A DNA stretch of 64,000 nucleotides. Source: Candidatus Saccharimonadota bacterium. GTDB lineage: Bacteria; Patescibacteriota; Saccharimonadia; Saccharimonadales; Saccharimonadaceae. Below are positions 1 through 8,841 of the stretch, piece after piece. The number at the start of each line of letters is the position of its first letter. Positions within the stretch are counted from its first letter, which is position 1. The position numbers and the translations under genes are program-made. Under the pieces are notes generated by a model. That model saw nothing but the letters and a program-made list of their open reading frames with translations. It did no database searches and was not told the origin of the DNA. The stretch is taken from the NCBI GenBank assembly GCA_028289015.1, contig JAQGHC010000015.1:9210-73209 (forward strand), in the 5' to 3' direction.

Positions 1-1
1 A

Positions 2-526
2 GATATTCGGGCCAATCAGATTATTCGCGACAGGATACGGCCGGCATTCCAAAAAAACGATTATTTTGCCGGCGTTAATGCGGGTGTTGATGGAATTATT
101 GCGGCGATTCACGGTGAAGTTGATCCGAACTTGTCGACAGAAGTTGCAAACAGCGCACCAGCAGATTTTCCATGGGAGTTTTTGCTATTTTTTGGATTGA
201 TGGGGTTTAGCTGGCTAGGCTCGGTACTGGGCCGTACAAAAAGCTGGTGGGCTGGTGGTATCGTTGGTGGTATAGTCGGCGCTATGATCGGATTTATTTT
301 TGGCTTTATATTCATTGGGATTGCTAGTATCGTCGCGTTGACATTGTTAGGTTTATTGTTCGATAAAATCGTCTCGGCCAACTATCGTTCGCATGCGAGC
401 CACGGTGATGCACCAAGCTGGTGGGCGGGCGGTCCGTTCATTGGTGGCGGAAGAGGATCCGACGGCGGCTTCGGGGGATTCGGCGGCGGTGGATTCGGCG
501 GCGGCGGTGCAAGTGGCGATTGGTAG
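2..526 (+). CDS. TPM-domain (YgcG-like) membrane protein, 5' end cut by the window edge
   Basis: The frame is open from base 2 and matches the listed 131..526 ORF. The N-part ...IRANQIIRDRIRPAFQKNDYFAGVNAGVDGIIAAIHGE looks like the end of a TPM domain. It is followed by TM helices and a Gly-rich tail GGFGGFGGGGFGGGGASGDW typical of that family. Confidence 0.55.
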   Translation, partial: DIRANQIIRDRIRPAFQKNDYFAGVNAGVDGIIAAIHGEVDPNLSTEVANSAPADFPWEFLLFFGLMGFSWLGSVLGRTKSWWAGGIVGGIVGAMIGFIFGFIFIGIASIVALTLLGLLFDKIVSANYRSHASHGDAPSWWAGGPFIGGGRGSDGGFGGFGGGGFGGGGASGDW

Positions 527-616
527 GGGGTAGTCAGCTGAGGGGGCTGATTAAAAATAGGTGAGAATAGCTTAATTGACGACTCTGTATCCGCAGAGTA
601 TGTTAAAATAGCAGCA

Positions 617-1165
617 ATGAATTTGGTGGGTAAAAACAAACAACCAGGCTTTACTATTGTCGAACTTTTAATCGTCATTGTTGTCATTGGAATATTAGCT
701 GCGATTACCGTCGTCGCCTATAGCGGCGTGCAAGCGAAGGCTCAAAACGCTTCCCGACTGAGCGAGGCAGAGCAAGTGGCAAAGATACTAACGGTGTACA
801 GGGTGCAAAATGGAGAGTATCCCGCTTTTCCAAGTGGCAGTATTTCAGTTTGCGTCGGGGAGGGCTTTAGTGATCTTAATGCTGATGGTGTAGCTGATTG
901 TTGGGATGCTAATAAAACGGGAACATCCAATGCTCATCCCAATGCTGCGTTTAACGCTGCATTAAAAACAGTGGCGACATTACCGGTTGGCAATAGGACA
1001 CCAATTGCATCAGGCACATATCTTCGGTTAGGGCCGGTATTTACGTTAGTAGGGGGTGTGACGTACTACGTCCATTATTGGCTACAAGGTTCTTCATGTC
1101 CAGCTGGAACTATGACGTGGAGTGACACTCTAACAGTTAGATGTTCGATTATGCTTGAATCTTAA
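617..1165 (+). CDS. type IV pilin-like protein (prepilin N-terminal cleavage/methylation motif)
   Basis: The N-terminus reads MNLVGKNKQPG|FTIVELLIVIVVIGILAAITVVAY. This gives a short basic leader, Gly-1, Phe+1, Glu+5 and a hydrophobic alpha-1 helix. The C-terminal part has paired Cys residues and is clearly similar to the 12229..12759 product (CxGxGF, LPxGxRTPI, CPA). Confidence 0.85.
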   Translation: MNLVGKNKQPGFTIVELLIVIVVIGILAAITVVAYSGVQAKAQNASRLSEAEQVAKILTVYRVQNGEYPAFPSGSISVCVGEGFSDLNADGVADCWDANKTGTSNAHPNAAFNAALKTVATLPVGNRTPIASGTYLRLGPVFTLVGGVTYYVHYWLQGSSCPAGTMTWSDTLTVRCSIMLES

Positions 1166-1243
1166 CCTCTCTATGGTTAATAAAAAGTAAATTACTTCAG
1201 TTGAAGCAGCCATCCGTCTATCACCCGCGGTATAATAGTAGAT

Positions 1244-2530
1244 ATGAATACGATTACTTGCACAACGTGCGGCACAAATATCGAGGTTGACAAGGCATTA
1301 GAAGGGCAAATTGAAGCCCGTATTATTGCTGCCGAGCAGCACAAGCACAAATTAGAAATGGAAAAGATTCGCGAGGAGGCGGCAAAATACGTCAAGGCTG
1401 AGCGAGATTCTGCGACGAAACTAGCAAATAAGCAGCTGGAAGGTGAAAAGGAATTATTAAAACAGCAATTAGATGCTGAGCTGGATTTAGCGAAAAAGAA
1501 ACTCGAACTTGAGCTATCTTCGTCGCAAAAAAAATCCGCCGCCGAGCAAGAGTCTCTTGTAAAGAATTTACGTGACGATGCCGAAAGTGAAAAAGAAGCG
1601 AATAAAAAACTTCGTGAACAATTAAGTGAACTGATGCAGTCGCTGCGAGAGGAAAAACAGGCACATGCGAACGCCGAACTTGAGGCGCAAAAGAAGTTAG
1701 CTGAAGGTGAAGACAAGATTCGTCAAGATGTCCAAAAAGCAGCTGAAGAAAAATACCACTTGCGTATTTTGGAACAGGAAAAAAAGCTCGCCGATACGCA
1801 AAAAGCATTAGAAGATGCGCAGCGCAAGGCTACCCAAGGGTCGCAGCAAAATCAAGGTGAAGTGCTAGAGCTGGACTTAGAAAATCGCCTACGTGAAGAA
1901 TTTCCATACGATCAGTTAGAGGAAGTAAAAAAGGGCCAACGTGGCGCTGACATTAAGCAGATGGTCAACAATCAGTTAGGCGTCTCGTGCGGTGTATTGC
2001 TGTGGGAAACAAAGAATGGCAAGTGGCAGCCTGCGTGGGTGCCAAAATTTAAACAAGATATTCGTGAGGCCGGAGCAAATATCGGAGTAATTGTCTCGCA
2101 AGAAATCCCGAGTGATATGGGCGACATGAAGCATCTGGAAAATAATCTGTGGGTCGTCAAACCAAAGCTTGCGCCTGTTCTTGCTACTGCGCTGCGCGCA
2201 ACGATATTGCAGGTTGATGCAGCGAATAAAATGAGTAATGGCAAAGACGCAAAAATGGAAGCGCTGTACCAATTCTTGGTCGGGCCCGAATTTCGCCACC
2301 GCGTCGAAGCTATCGTGGAAAACTACGGAACATTACAGGCCGAGATTGAAAAGGAGAAGCGATCAGCTGCGCTTCGTTGGGCGCATCAAGAAAAAGCGAT
2401 TCGTGCAGTAATCGATAACACTATTGGCATGTATGGAGACCTGCAAGGTATCACCAGCAGAGCCTTGCCTGTAATTAAATCACTCGAGATTGACGAAGAA
2501 GAAGCGCAAGAACCACAGCGTCTACTATAA
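1244..2530 (+). CDS. DUF2130-like coiled-coil protein
   Basis: It has an N-terminal CxxC element (MNTITCTTCGTNIEV) and about 200 aa of Glu/Lys-rich coiled coil. A conserved-looking globular C-terminal domain follows (GADIKQMV...WETKNGKWQPAWVPKFKQDIREAGANIGVIVS). The family assignment is from memory of that architecture. Confidence 0.55.
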   Translation: MNTITCTTCGTNIEVDKALEGQIEARIIAAEQHKHKLEMEKIREEAAKYVKAERDSATKLANKQLEGEKELLKQQLDAELDLAKKKLELELSSSQKKSAAEQESLVKNLRDDAESEKEANKKLREQLSELMQSLREEKQAHANAELEAQKKLAEGEDKIRQDVQKAAEEKYHLRILEQEKKLADTQKALEDAQRKATQGSQQNQGEVLELDLENRLREEFPYDQLEEVKKGQRGADIKQMVNNQLGVSCGVLLWETKNGKWQPAWVPKFKQDIREAGANIGVIVSQEIPSDMGDMKHLENNLWVVKPKLAPVLATALRATILQVDAANKMSNGKDAKMEALYQFLVGPEFRHRVEAIVENYGTLQAEIEKEKRSAALRWAHQEKAIRAVIDNTIGMYGDLQGITSRALPVIKSLEIDEEEAQEPQRLL

Positions 2531-2622
2531 TGCTGTTATCTTTTTTACAGATTCACTCGCAAGTCTAGCCGTATACTAGACAAGCAATTAGTGGAAGTCA
2601 TTTAACGCATAGGAGGTATAAC

Positions 2623-3522
2623 ATGGGTGATAAAGACCAGTATACAATGCAGGATCCGACTAGGCAGTATCCAGCCTTGGATATTCCCGAACAAACACAA
2701 CGGGAGCCGGGTTTAGATGCCAATCTACAGCCAAAAGCAGACCATGGAGAAACAACCTATCGCGGCACTGGTCGCTTGCAAGGGCGAAAAGCGGTTATTA
2801 CGGGCGCGGATTCGGGTATCGGCCGCGCCGTGGCAATAGCGTACGCCCGGGAGGGTGCTGACGTAGTGATCACATATTTGCCAAGCGAAGAGACTGACGC
2901 TAAAGATGCGATGCGTATTATGAAAGAGGCCGGGCACAATGTGTATGGCTTGGCAGGAGATTTAACTTCCGAGGATTTCTGCAAAGAGCTTATTAGTTTT
3001 GGGGCTGATAAAATGGGGTCTATCGATATTTTAGTAAACAACGCGGGTAAGCAGGTGTATGTTCCGAATATCGAGGATTTGTCGACCGATCAACTAGTAA
3101 GCACGTTTACTGTTAATATTTTTGCAATGTTTTGGTTGTCTAAGGAGGTACTGGCGCATATGCCGCCCGGCGGGACAATTATCAATACGGCATCTATCCA
3201 GGCGTACCAGCCATCGCCTGGCTTGCTAGATTACGCAAGTACAAAGGCTGCGATAGTTAACTTTACTCATGGCTTGGGTAAGCAGCTGGCACCGCGAGGT
3301 ATTCGGGTGAACGCCGTCGCACCTGGTCCAATCTGGACACCACTCCAGCCGAGTCATGGTCAGCCACAGGAGAAATTGGTGCAATTTGGCCAAAACACCC
3401 CAATGGGTCGCCCCGGACAGCCAGCCGAGTGTGCGCCGGCGTATGTTTTCTTGGCGTCACAAGAATCGAGCTATACGACTGGCGAAGTAATAGGTGTTAC
3501 CGGTGGGCAGCACTTGCCCTAA
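2623..3522 (+). CDS. SDR family oxidoreductase (YghA/YdaD-like)
   Basis: Contains the TGADSGIGRAVA NAD(P)-binding motif, NNAG and the catalytic Y-x3-K (YASTKAA). An AGGAGG Shine-Dalgarno sits 7 nt upstream of the ATG. Confidence 0.85.
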   Translation: MGDKDQYTMQDPTRQYPALDIPEQTQREPGLDANLQPKADHGETTYRGTGRLQGRKAVITGADSGIGRAVAIAYAREGADVVITYLPSEETDAKDAMRIMKEAGHNVYGLAGDLTSEDFCKELISFGADKMGSIDILVNNAGKQVYVPNIEDLSTDQLVSTFTVNIFAMFWLSKEVLAHMPPGGTIINTASIQAYQPSPGLLDYASTKAAIVNFTHGLGKQLAPRGIRVNAVAPGPIWTPLQPSHGQPQEKLVQFGQNTPMGRPGQPAECAPAYVFLASQESSYTTGEVIGVTGGQHLP

Positions 3523-3611
3523 TATTCGCACATGGTTATGCTTGCAAAATGATGAAATCGTATTACAATTACGATATTCCGAGTTAGTCCCCGATTTATT
3601 TTGGAAGGTAC

Positions 3612-3902
3612 GTGATTATCATGAGTGAATTTGAAATGATGCCGATTGAGCTTCTGCAGAAGCAAGTTGAGGAGGCGCGTAGCAACCTCGAGGCCGCAGA
3701 TGCCGGCACGGGCAAGACGCATATGAACGATGCCGAAGTACTGGTCGTCAAGGCAGAAATTGCTCGTCGGCTCAACCGCATGGCATTTTACCTCAGTCAG
3801 CGTGACTGCTTGGCGAGTGAAGATTTCGCCATAATCGCCGGCGAGTGCCGCGTGTATCTGGTTCGAAAGGTCGATATGCTCGAGGCCGTGTCCATTTCAT
3901 GA
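3612..3902 (+). CDS. hypothetical protein
   Basis: ORF only. A GGAAGG Shine-Dalgarno lies at 3603-3608. The start is ambiguous between GTG 3612 and ATG 3621. Confidence 0.4.
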   Translation: MIIMSEFEMMPIELLQKQVEEARSNLEAADAGTGKTHMNDAEVLVVKAEIARRLNRMAFYLSQRDCLASEDFAIIAGECRVYLVRKVDMLEAVSIS

Positions 3903-3987
3903 AATCAATCCTGACTACAAACTCGGATAAGCCCCTGGCAAAATTGTCGGGGGCTTATTCATGCCTTGTCGGGTATAATAGAATGCA

Positions 3988-4881
3988 ATGATTACTTACT
4001 ACACAGACGGCAGCGCAAGTCCAAATCCTGGCCCTGGGGGATTTTCGGTTATAAAGGAACTACAACCACATATTCTTGGTAGCGAAGATGGCGCGACGAC
4101 AAACATCCGCATGGAGGGCAAGGCGATCTTAACGGCACTGCATGACGCGGGCGGCGAGCAGTGTGAGATTTTCACGGACAGCGAATTTTGGATTAACGTG
4201 ATTACAAAATGGGCGCCAAGCTGGGAAGCTAAAGGTTGGAAGAAGCCTGGTGGTGAAATCAAGAATCTAGACATCGTCCGTGAGGTGTATCCGCTATATA
4301 AGCAATCTAACGCAACATTGACCTGGGTGCGGGGGCATGAAGGTGACATTGGCAACGAGTTGGCTGATGAATGGGCCAATAAAGCTCGCGAAAATGGTGA
4401 TGTCGGACCGGTTTATGTGAAAGACCAGGCCCCAAAATCAGCTGAAGAGTATATGGATGAATACTTAGCGCTAGGCACCATAATGCAGCTGGCGACGAGC
4501 AGTGGTAATAAGCCATGGATATCGACAGTTTATTACGTCGCAGACAGTGAGCGTAATATTTACTGGCTTAGTTTGCCAGAACGTCGGCATAGCAAAGAAG
4601 TGCAAGTGAATCCTGAAGTTGCTGTCGCCATCGCGATCAAGCAAGACATTCCCGTCATCGGTATTCAGGCATCAGGTCAAGTAGCGGTTGTAGATGATCC
4701 TGTGAGGGTTGAAAAGATGCTTGCATTGTATGTGACAAAATATAAGGGCGCAGGCAAAGACTTTCACCAGCGATTTATTGACGGCAAAAATAAGCACCAA
4801 CTATACTGCTTGACGCCGAGCTTGCTCGTGCTGTTTGACGAAGCTCATTTTAAAGAACAGCCTGTTCAAAAAATTATTTAA
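3988..4881 (+). CDS. RNase HI domain fused to a PNPOx-like (pyridoxamine-5'-phosphate-oxidase-fold) domain
   Basis: The N-terminal ~135 aa carry the RNase H DEDD pattern (YTDGS, MEGKA, FTDSEF, ELADEWAN). The C-terminal ~150 aa (IMQLATSSGNKPWISTVYYV...LYCLTPSLLVLFDE) resemble a split-barrel FMN-binding fold. Confidence 0.7.
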   Translation: MITYYTDGSASPNPGPGGFSVIKELQPHILGSEDGATTNIRMEGKAILTALHDAGGEQCEIFTDSEFWINVITKWAPSWEAKGWKKPGGEIKNLDIVREVYPLYKQSNATLTWVRGHEGDIGNELADEWANKARENGDVGPVYVKDQAPKSAEEYMDEYLALGTIMQLATSSGNKPWISTVYYVADSERNIYWLSLPERRHSKEVQVNPEVAVAIAIKQDIPVIGIQASGQVAVVDDPVRVEKMLALYVTKYKGAGKDFHQRFIDGKNKHQLYCLTPSLLVLFDEAHFKEQPVQKII

Positions 4882-4896
4882 AAACGATCGGACTAT

Positions 4897-5460
4897 ATGC
4901 GAGAAATCGAGATTAAAGCGAGTATAAGTTCCGTTGAGTCCATCATTGCTATTTTTACTAGTCAAGGTGTGGCCGTTAGTGATCCTGTGACGCAGCGCGA
5001 CCGTGTTTATGGCCAGATAGGTATCGATGGGGCTGGTGAAAACACTGCGCCGTGGTTACGTATCCGTAGCGAAACGAAACAGGGCAGTACTAAGCATATC
5101 TTCACTTTGAAACGCTCCATTACCAATCAAATGGATAGTATTGAACACGAGACGGAAGTGGCCGATGAGATTGGAATTGAACATATTATCGAACAGCTGG
5201 GATTTGAGATTTATTCCGATCTCACCAAGACACGACAGAAGGCGAATGTTGGCGAAATTGAAATCTGTATTGATGCAGTTAATGAGCTGGGGGCTTTTAT
5301 TGAGGCGGAAAAGCTCACTGCTGATGAAGTCGACTACGATGCAGTTATTCGTGAGTTATGGCGCGTCTTTGAATCACTAGGTGTTAATCATGAAAACGAA
5401 GTGGTGGACGGTTATGATGTCTTGATGAATAAAAAACTGGCCACAGTTATAGACAAGTGA
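4897..5460 (+). CDS. CYTH-domain protein (class IV adenylate cyclase / triphosphatase family)
   Basis: An N-terminal EIEIK (ExExK) signature is present. The ~187-aa length and acidic beta-rich pattern fit the CyaB/ThTPase family. Confidence 0.65.
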   Translation: MREIEIKASISSVESIIAIFTSQGVAVSDPVTQRDRVYGQIGIDGAGENTAPWLRIRSETKQGSTKHIFTLKRSITNQMDSIEHETEVADEIGIEHIIEQLGFEIYSDLTKTRQKANVGEIEICIDAVNELGAFIEAEKLTADEVDYDAVIRELWRVFESLGVNHENEVVDGYDVLMNKKLATVIDK

Positions 5461-5471
5461 AATAAATTAAA

Positions 5472-6233
5472 ATGATTATTTTGTTAGCACCGTCAAAAAC
5501 GATGAACTTTCAACCGGTAAGCTCACTTTCGGTGCCCACTACTATGCCACATTTCTATGCGCAAGCAGTTGAGATTGTGCATACGGTTTGTCAAATGGAT
5601 GATTTAGCGCCACTGATGCGTACCAGCCGTACGATTGCAGATAAGACAAAGTCAGCCTACGCAAGATGGGGCGAAAAAAATAACCCAAGTCTTTATGCCT
5701 ATGTCGGTGACGTGTACAAAGGGTTTTACGCGCCGACGCTCACAAGCGATGGCATTACATGGGCACAAAAGCATGTATTTATTTTAAGCGGACTATACGG
5801 TGCGCTACGACCGCTTGACTTAATCTCTGCTTATCGCCTTGAAATGAAAGCGAAGCTGCCGGTAGGCCCTGCAAAAAATTTATATGAATTTTGGGGCAAC
5901 AAAGTAGCGAAGTATGTTGGCGATGCTGCCGATGGAGTTATCTGTGTTTTATCGTCAGACGAATACGCCAAGGTAGTAACGGCGCATACGGGCTGTCGTG
6001 TCATAACGCCTGTTTTTCTTGATAAAAAACCAAATGGTATGATTGGGACGGTTCCTATATACAGTAAAATGATGCGCGGCGTAATGGCGAGGTGGTTAAT
6101 TGATAATCATATCGACACACCTGAACGAATAATAGAATTTTCAATGTACGGTTACTCGTACGACGCGGGTCATAGTATTGATGACCGTCCAGCATTTTAT
6201 CGAGAGGTAATGACGCCGCTTCGATTCAACTAA
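5472..6233 (+). CDS. yaaA: YaaA-family (UPF0246/DUF328) peroxide-stress protein
   Basis: The N-terminus is MIILLAPSKTM. The motifs YVGDVYKG and SGLYGALRPLDLISAYRLEM are characteristic of YaaA. Confidence 0.85.
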   Translation: MIILLAPSKTMNFQPVSSLSVPTTMPHFYAQAVEIVHTVCQMDDLAPLMRTSRTIADKTKSAYARWGEKNNPSLYAYVGDVYKGFYAPTLTSDGITWAQKHVFILSGLYGALRPLDLISAYRLEMKAKLPVGPAKNLYEFWGNKVAKYVGDAADGVICVLSSDEYAKVVTAHTGCRVITPVFLDKKPNGMIGTVPIYSKMMRGVMARWLIDNHIDTPERIIEFSMYGYSYDAGHSIDDRPAFYREVMTPLRFN

Positions 6234-6273
6234 TGCTTGCATGTAAATATCAGATGGAGCAAAATATTGATAC

Positions 6274-6993
6274 ATGGAACACGACCGTCATACGCCAGAG
6301 CAGCTGAACTTGATCGAAAAGGAATTTGTAACTGAAACTCTCTACGCCGCCAGGCAAGCATTAATTGTGCGTCAGGGCATCTCAGAATATATCCATCAAC
6401 CCTTAGAGGCAACTCGGTCATGGCTAGATGGCGCAACTAATACGCAACATAGGCATACGTTCGTCACGGCGTATTATAATGAGCTTCCAGGTTATGGGTA
6501 TCATTTGTCTCATGTTGAAGACCAAGTAAGCCAATTTATGTATCTTGAGTCTCATTTGCAGAATAATATCATAATGCAGTTGCTGTCTAGCTTAGATCAA
6601 AAGGGGGATAGTAAAGGTATTGATGCCAATATATATCTTGCCTCAATCAAGCGTCTTGACGCGTTGGCTAATGGCAATCCTAGCACGGCAAATCCGTCAA
6701 ATCTAAAGAGTTTAATACGCTATACGCAGCGTATCGACACGCAGTATCAAAGCAACGACATCGATTGTGTGATAACAAAGAAGGTGCTTGTTCAGGAGTT
6801 ATTGGATGACCAAGTGCTGTCAGAGGTTGTATACGGTGCACACGCTAATGATGATTTCCTGGAAGTGTCATTCGAGGATGTTGAAGGGTTGTTTTATTCA
6901 TTAAGCGAAAACTTGGCATATAGCGATATCGCACGTGATATTAGCGAAATGCAATATATTCTGTCGCGCCTTAAGCTAACAGCAGGTGAGTAG
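6274..6993 (+). CDS. hypothetical acidic protein (possible member of a local paralog array)
   Basis: ORF with no TM segment or signal peptide. Its C-terminal VSFEDVEGLFYSLSENLAY pattern resembles the C-termini of the 7054, 8842 and 9457 products. Confidence 0.5.
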   Translation: MEHDRHTPEQLNLIEKEFVTETLYAARQALIVRQGISEYIHQPLEATRSWLDGATNTQHRHTFVTAYYNELPGYGYHLSHVEDQVSQFMYLESHLQNNIIMQLLSSLDQKGDSKGIDANIYLASIKRLDALANGNPSTANPSNLKSLIRYTQRIDTQYQSNDIDCVITKKVLVQELLDDQVLSEVVYGAHANDDFLEVSFEDVEGLFYSLSENLAYSDIARDISEMQYILSRLKLTAGE

Positions 6994-7053
6994 TGTCGCG
7001 CCGTAGGGTCTTCATCGACTACCGCTAGTATACTAGAAAAATTACAACGACAG

Positions 7054-7674
7054 TTGTATAGTCATGACATGAGCGAATGGCGTGATGCTGGACTATCTAC
7101 CTACGAACGAATCGAAGAGTATGAATTCGTTTCGCAGGATAGGCTTGCGCACCTTTCAGATTGCCTCGATTATTTGTATAAAAACTATATTGACGGAGCT
7201 ATTGATGACAGTAGTAGGATGTATGATGGTTCAGACAAAGATCGAAAAGTGCAAACATTAAATATTACATATAGTAATTTTCAATTTAATGACTATCACG
7301 AAGGCGTCGTAACGGAATCTGCCATATCATTGCAAATCGTTAAAGATAAAAAAGATGCTGTTCGAGAAAGTCGCACTATGACAATTGAGCGAAACATCGC
7401 CGTGGAGCGTAAAAGTAAGCAAAAGACCGACGCTATTTTCAGTGATGAAACAAGCATAGCGTACAAGGCATTTACCGAATATTTTTTGGTTAATAAGTTA
7501 GTCGGTGGTGGTTATAGCGCGTATGTCTCGAGACTTGAGGGTCATTCGACAATGACAGAAGTGAATTATGAACCAATGTCACTATATGACTTAGCTGATT
7601 TTGTTTCAGAACTAGATAAAATTGCCGATCTGTATGCGTCATATAAAATCGAACGTGCTATTATGGAACAGTAA
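7054..7674 (+). CDS. hypothetical acidic protein (possible member of a local paralog array)
   Basis: ORF only. The start is uncertain between TTG 7054 and ATG 7069. The C-terminus is VNYEPMSLYDLADFVSELDKIADLYASY. Confidence 0.5.
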   Translation: MYSHDMSEWRDAGLSTYERIEEYEFVSQDRLAHLSDCLDYLYKNYIDGAIDDSSRMYDGSDKDRKVQTLNITYSNFQFNDYHEGVVTESAISLQIVKDKKDAVRESRTMTIERNIAVERKSKQKTDAIFSDETSIAYKAFTEYFLVNKLVGGGYSAYVSRLEGHSTMTEVNYEPMSLYDLADFVSELDKIADLYASYKIERAIMEQ

Positions 7675-7681
7675 CCAAACT

Positions 7682-7783
7682 AAATATCAAGAGAGCGAAG
7701 AGGGATCGGCCTGATGACTCGCCAGCAACCTGCAGTATTTGCAAGGTGCTAATTCCGCCTGATAGCTATCAGGAAAGATATAC
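7682..7783 (+). promoter_or_regulatory. SAM-I (S-box) riboswitch aptamer
   Basis: ATATCAAGAGAGCGAAGAGGGATCGGCCTGATGACTCGCCAGCAACC...AAGGTGCTAATTCC...CCTGATAGCTATCAGGAAAGATAT matches the S-box core. P1 is ATATC/GATAT. P3 is CCTGCA/TGCAAGG. P4 is CCTGATA/TATCAGG. It lies directly upstream of metK. Confidence 0.9.
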
Positions 7784-7804
7784 GAGTATCTTCTTTGTAG
7801 AACG

Positions 7805-7853
7805 AAACTCCTTTCCTATTGCCATGATCAGGGCAGATAGAAAGGAGTTTTTT
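7805..7853 (+). terminator. riboswitch expression platform: intrinsic terminator that also contains the metK Shine-Dalgarno
   Basis: An 11-bp stem pairs AAACTCCTTTC (7805-7815) with GAAAGGAGTTT (7840-7850), followed by more T's. The AAAGGAG SD sits in the 3' arm and the ATG is at 7855. An alternative antiterminator can form between AGGAAAG (7771-7777) and CTTTCCT (7811-7817). Confidence 0.8.
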
Positions 7854-7854
7854 C

Positions 7855-8838
7855 ATGTCTGTAGCCACTAATTACCGAACCGCCGAGAGCGTTTCACCTA
7901 AGCATCCCGACAAGATTGCTGATCAAATATCGGATGCAATCCTGGATGCTCATCTACGTGAAGATCCACTCGCCCGTGTGGCTGTCGATGTCGCTGGCGG
8001 TCACGGTAAAGTATTTGTCACTGGTGAAGTGACGTCTAATGCAAAAAATGTTGATGTTGCAGCTATCGTAAAAAGACTAGCGGGCGACGTCGAGTTAATT
8101 GAGCATATCGCCGCGCAAAGTCCGGAGATAGCCGCCGGCGTTGATACGGGTGGAGCTGGTGATCAGGGTATTATGATTGGCTATGCAACCAGTGAAACTG
8201 CAGAGTTCTTACCGCTTGAAGTCGTCTTGGCTCGACGTCTGAACCAGTACTTATTTAAAATATGGCCCTATGATGGCAAAACGCAGGTGACGTTGGACGG
8301 CGGTAGAATAGTTCATATTGTCGCGAGTTTTCAGCACGCGCCACAAACAGAGCTGACTGAACAGGTGAAGGCTTGGATAGCGAGTGACGAATTGGCTGAT
8401 GTTGACGAAGCGCATCTCGATATATACGCCAACCCAGCAGGTGACTGGAAGATCGGTGGCTTTGATGCGGATGCCGGACTAACGGGGCGCAAGTTGGCGG
8501 TAGACAATTATGGCCCGCGTATACCAGTCGGTGGCGGGGCATTCAGCGGTAAAGATCCAAGCAAGGTTGATCGTAGTGCTGCCTATATGGCTCGAAAGAT
8601 CGCGATTGATTACTTAAAAGATCGCCAGGCGGCAGAAGTATTCGTTCGTCTGGCGTATGCAATTGGTGTTGCTGAGCCAATGGAAATGACGGTTATCGTT
8701 GACGGAATAGCGGAAAAGGGTGTAGGCTATGACGTAACACCAAACGGGATAATTGACAGCCTCGACCTACGGCGCCCGATATACGAACAAACTGCTCGTT
8801 ATGGACACTTCGGTCAGGGGTTTGACTGGGAGAAGTGA
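7855..8838 (+). CDS. metK: S-adenosylmethionine synthetase (compact form)
   Basis: Contains ESVSPKHPDKIADQISDAILDA, GAGDQGIMIGYA, GLTGRKLAVDNYG, GGGAFSGKDPSKVDRSAAYMAR and YAIGVAEP. These are collinear with E. coli MetK but with several internal deletions (327 aa). Confidence 0.95.
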   Translation: MSVATNYRTAESVSPKHPDKIADQISDAILDAHLREDPLARVAVDVAGGHGKVFVTGEVTSNAKNVDVAAIVKRLAGDVELIEHIAAQSPEIAAGVDTGGAGDQGIMIGYATSETAEFLPLEVVLARRLNQYLFKIWPYDGKTQVTLDGGRIVHIVASFQHAPQTELTEQVKAWIASDELADVDEAHLDIYANPAGDWKIGGFDADAGLTGRKLAVDNYGPRIPVGGGAFSGKDPSKVDRSAAYMARKIAIDYLKDRQAAEVFVRLAYAIGVAEPMEMTVIVDGIAEKGVGYDVTPNGIIDSLDLRRPIYEQTARYGHFGQGFDWEK

Positions 8839-8841
8839 GCC

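Noticed and set aside
1192-1808. Long minus-strand ORFs (174 and 138 aa) antisense to the DUF2130-like gene
   Set aside because: They lie entirely inside the GAA/AAG-rich coiled-coil coding region. Their products are Ser/Phe/Cys-rich low-complexity strings, typical of antisense artefacts.
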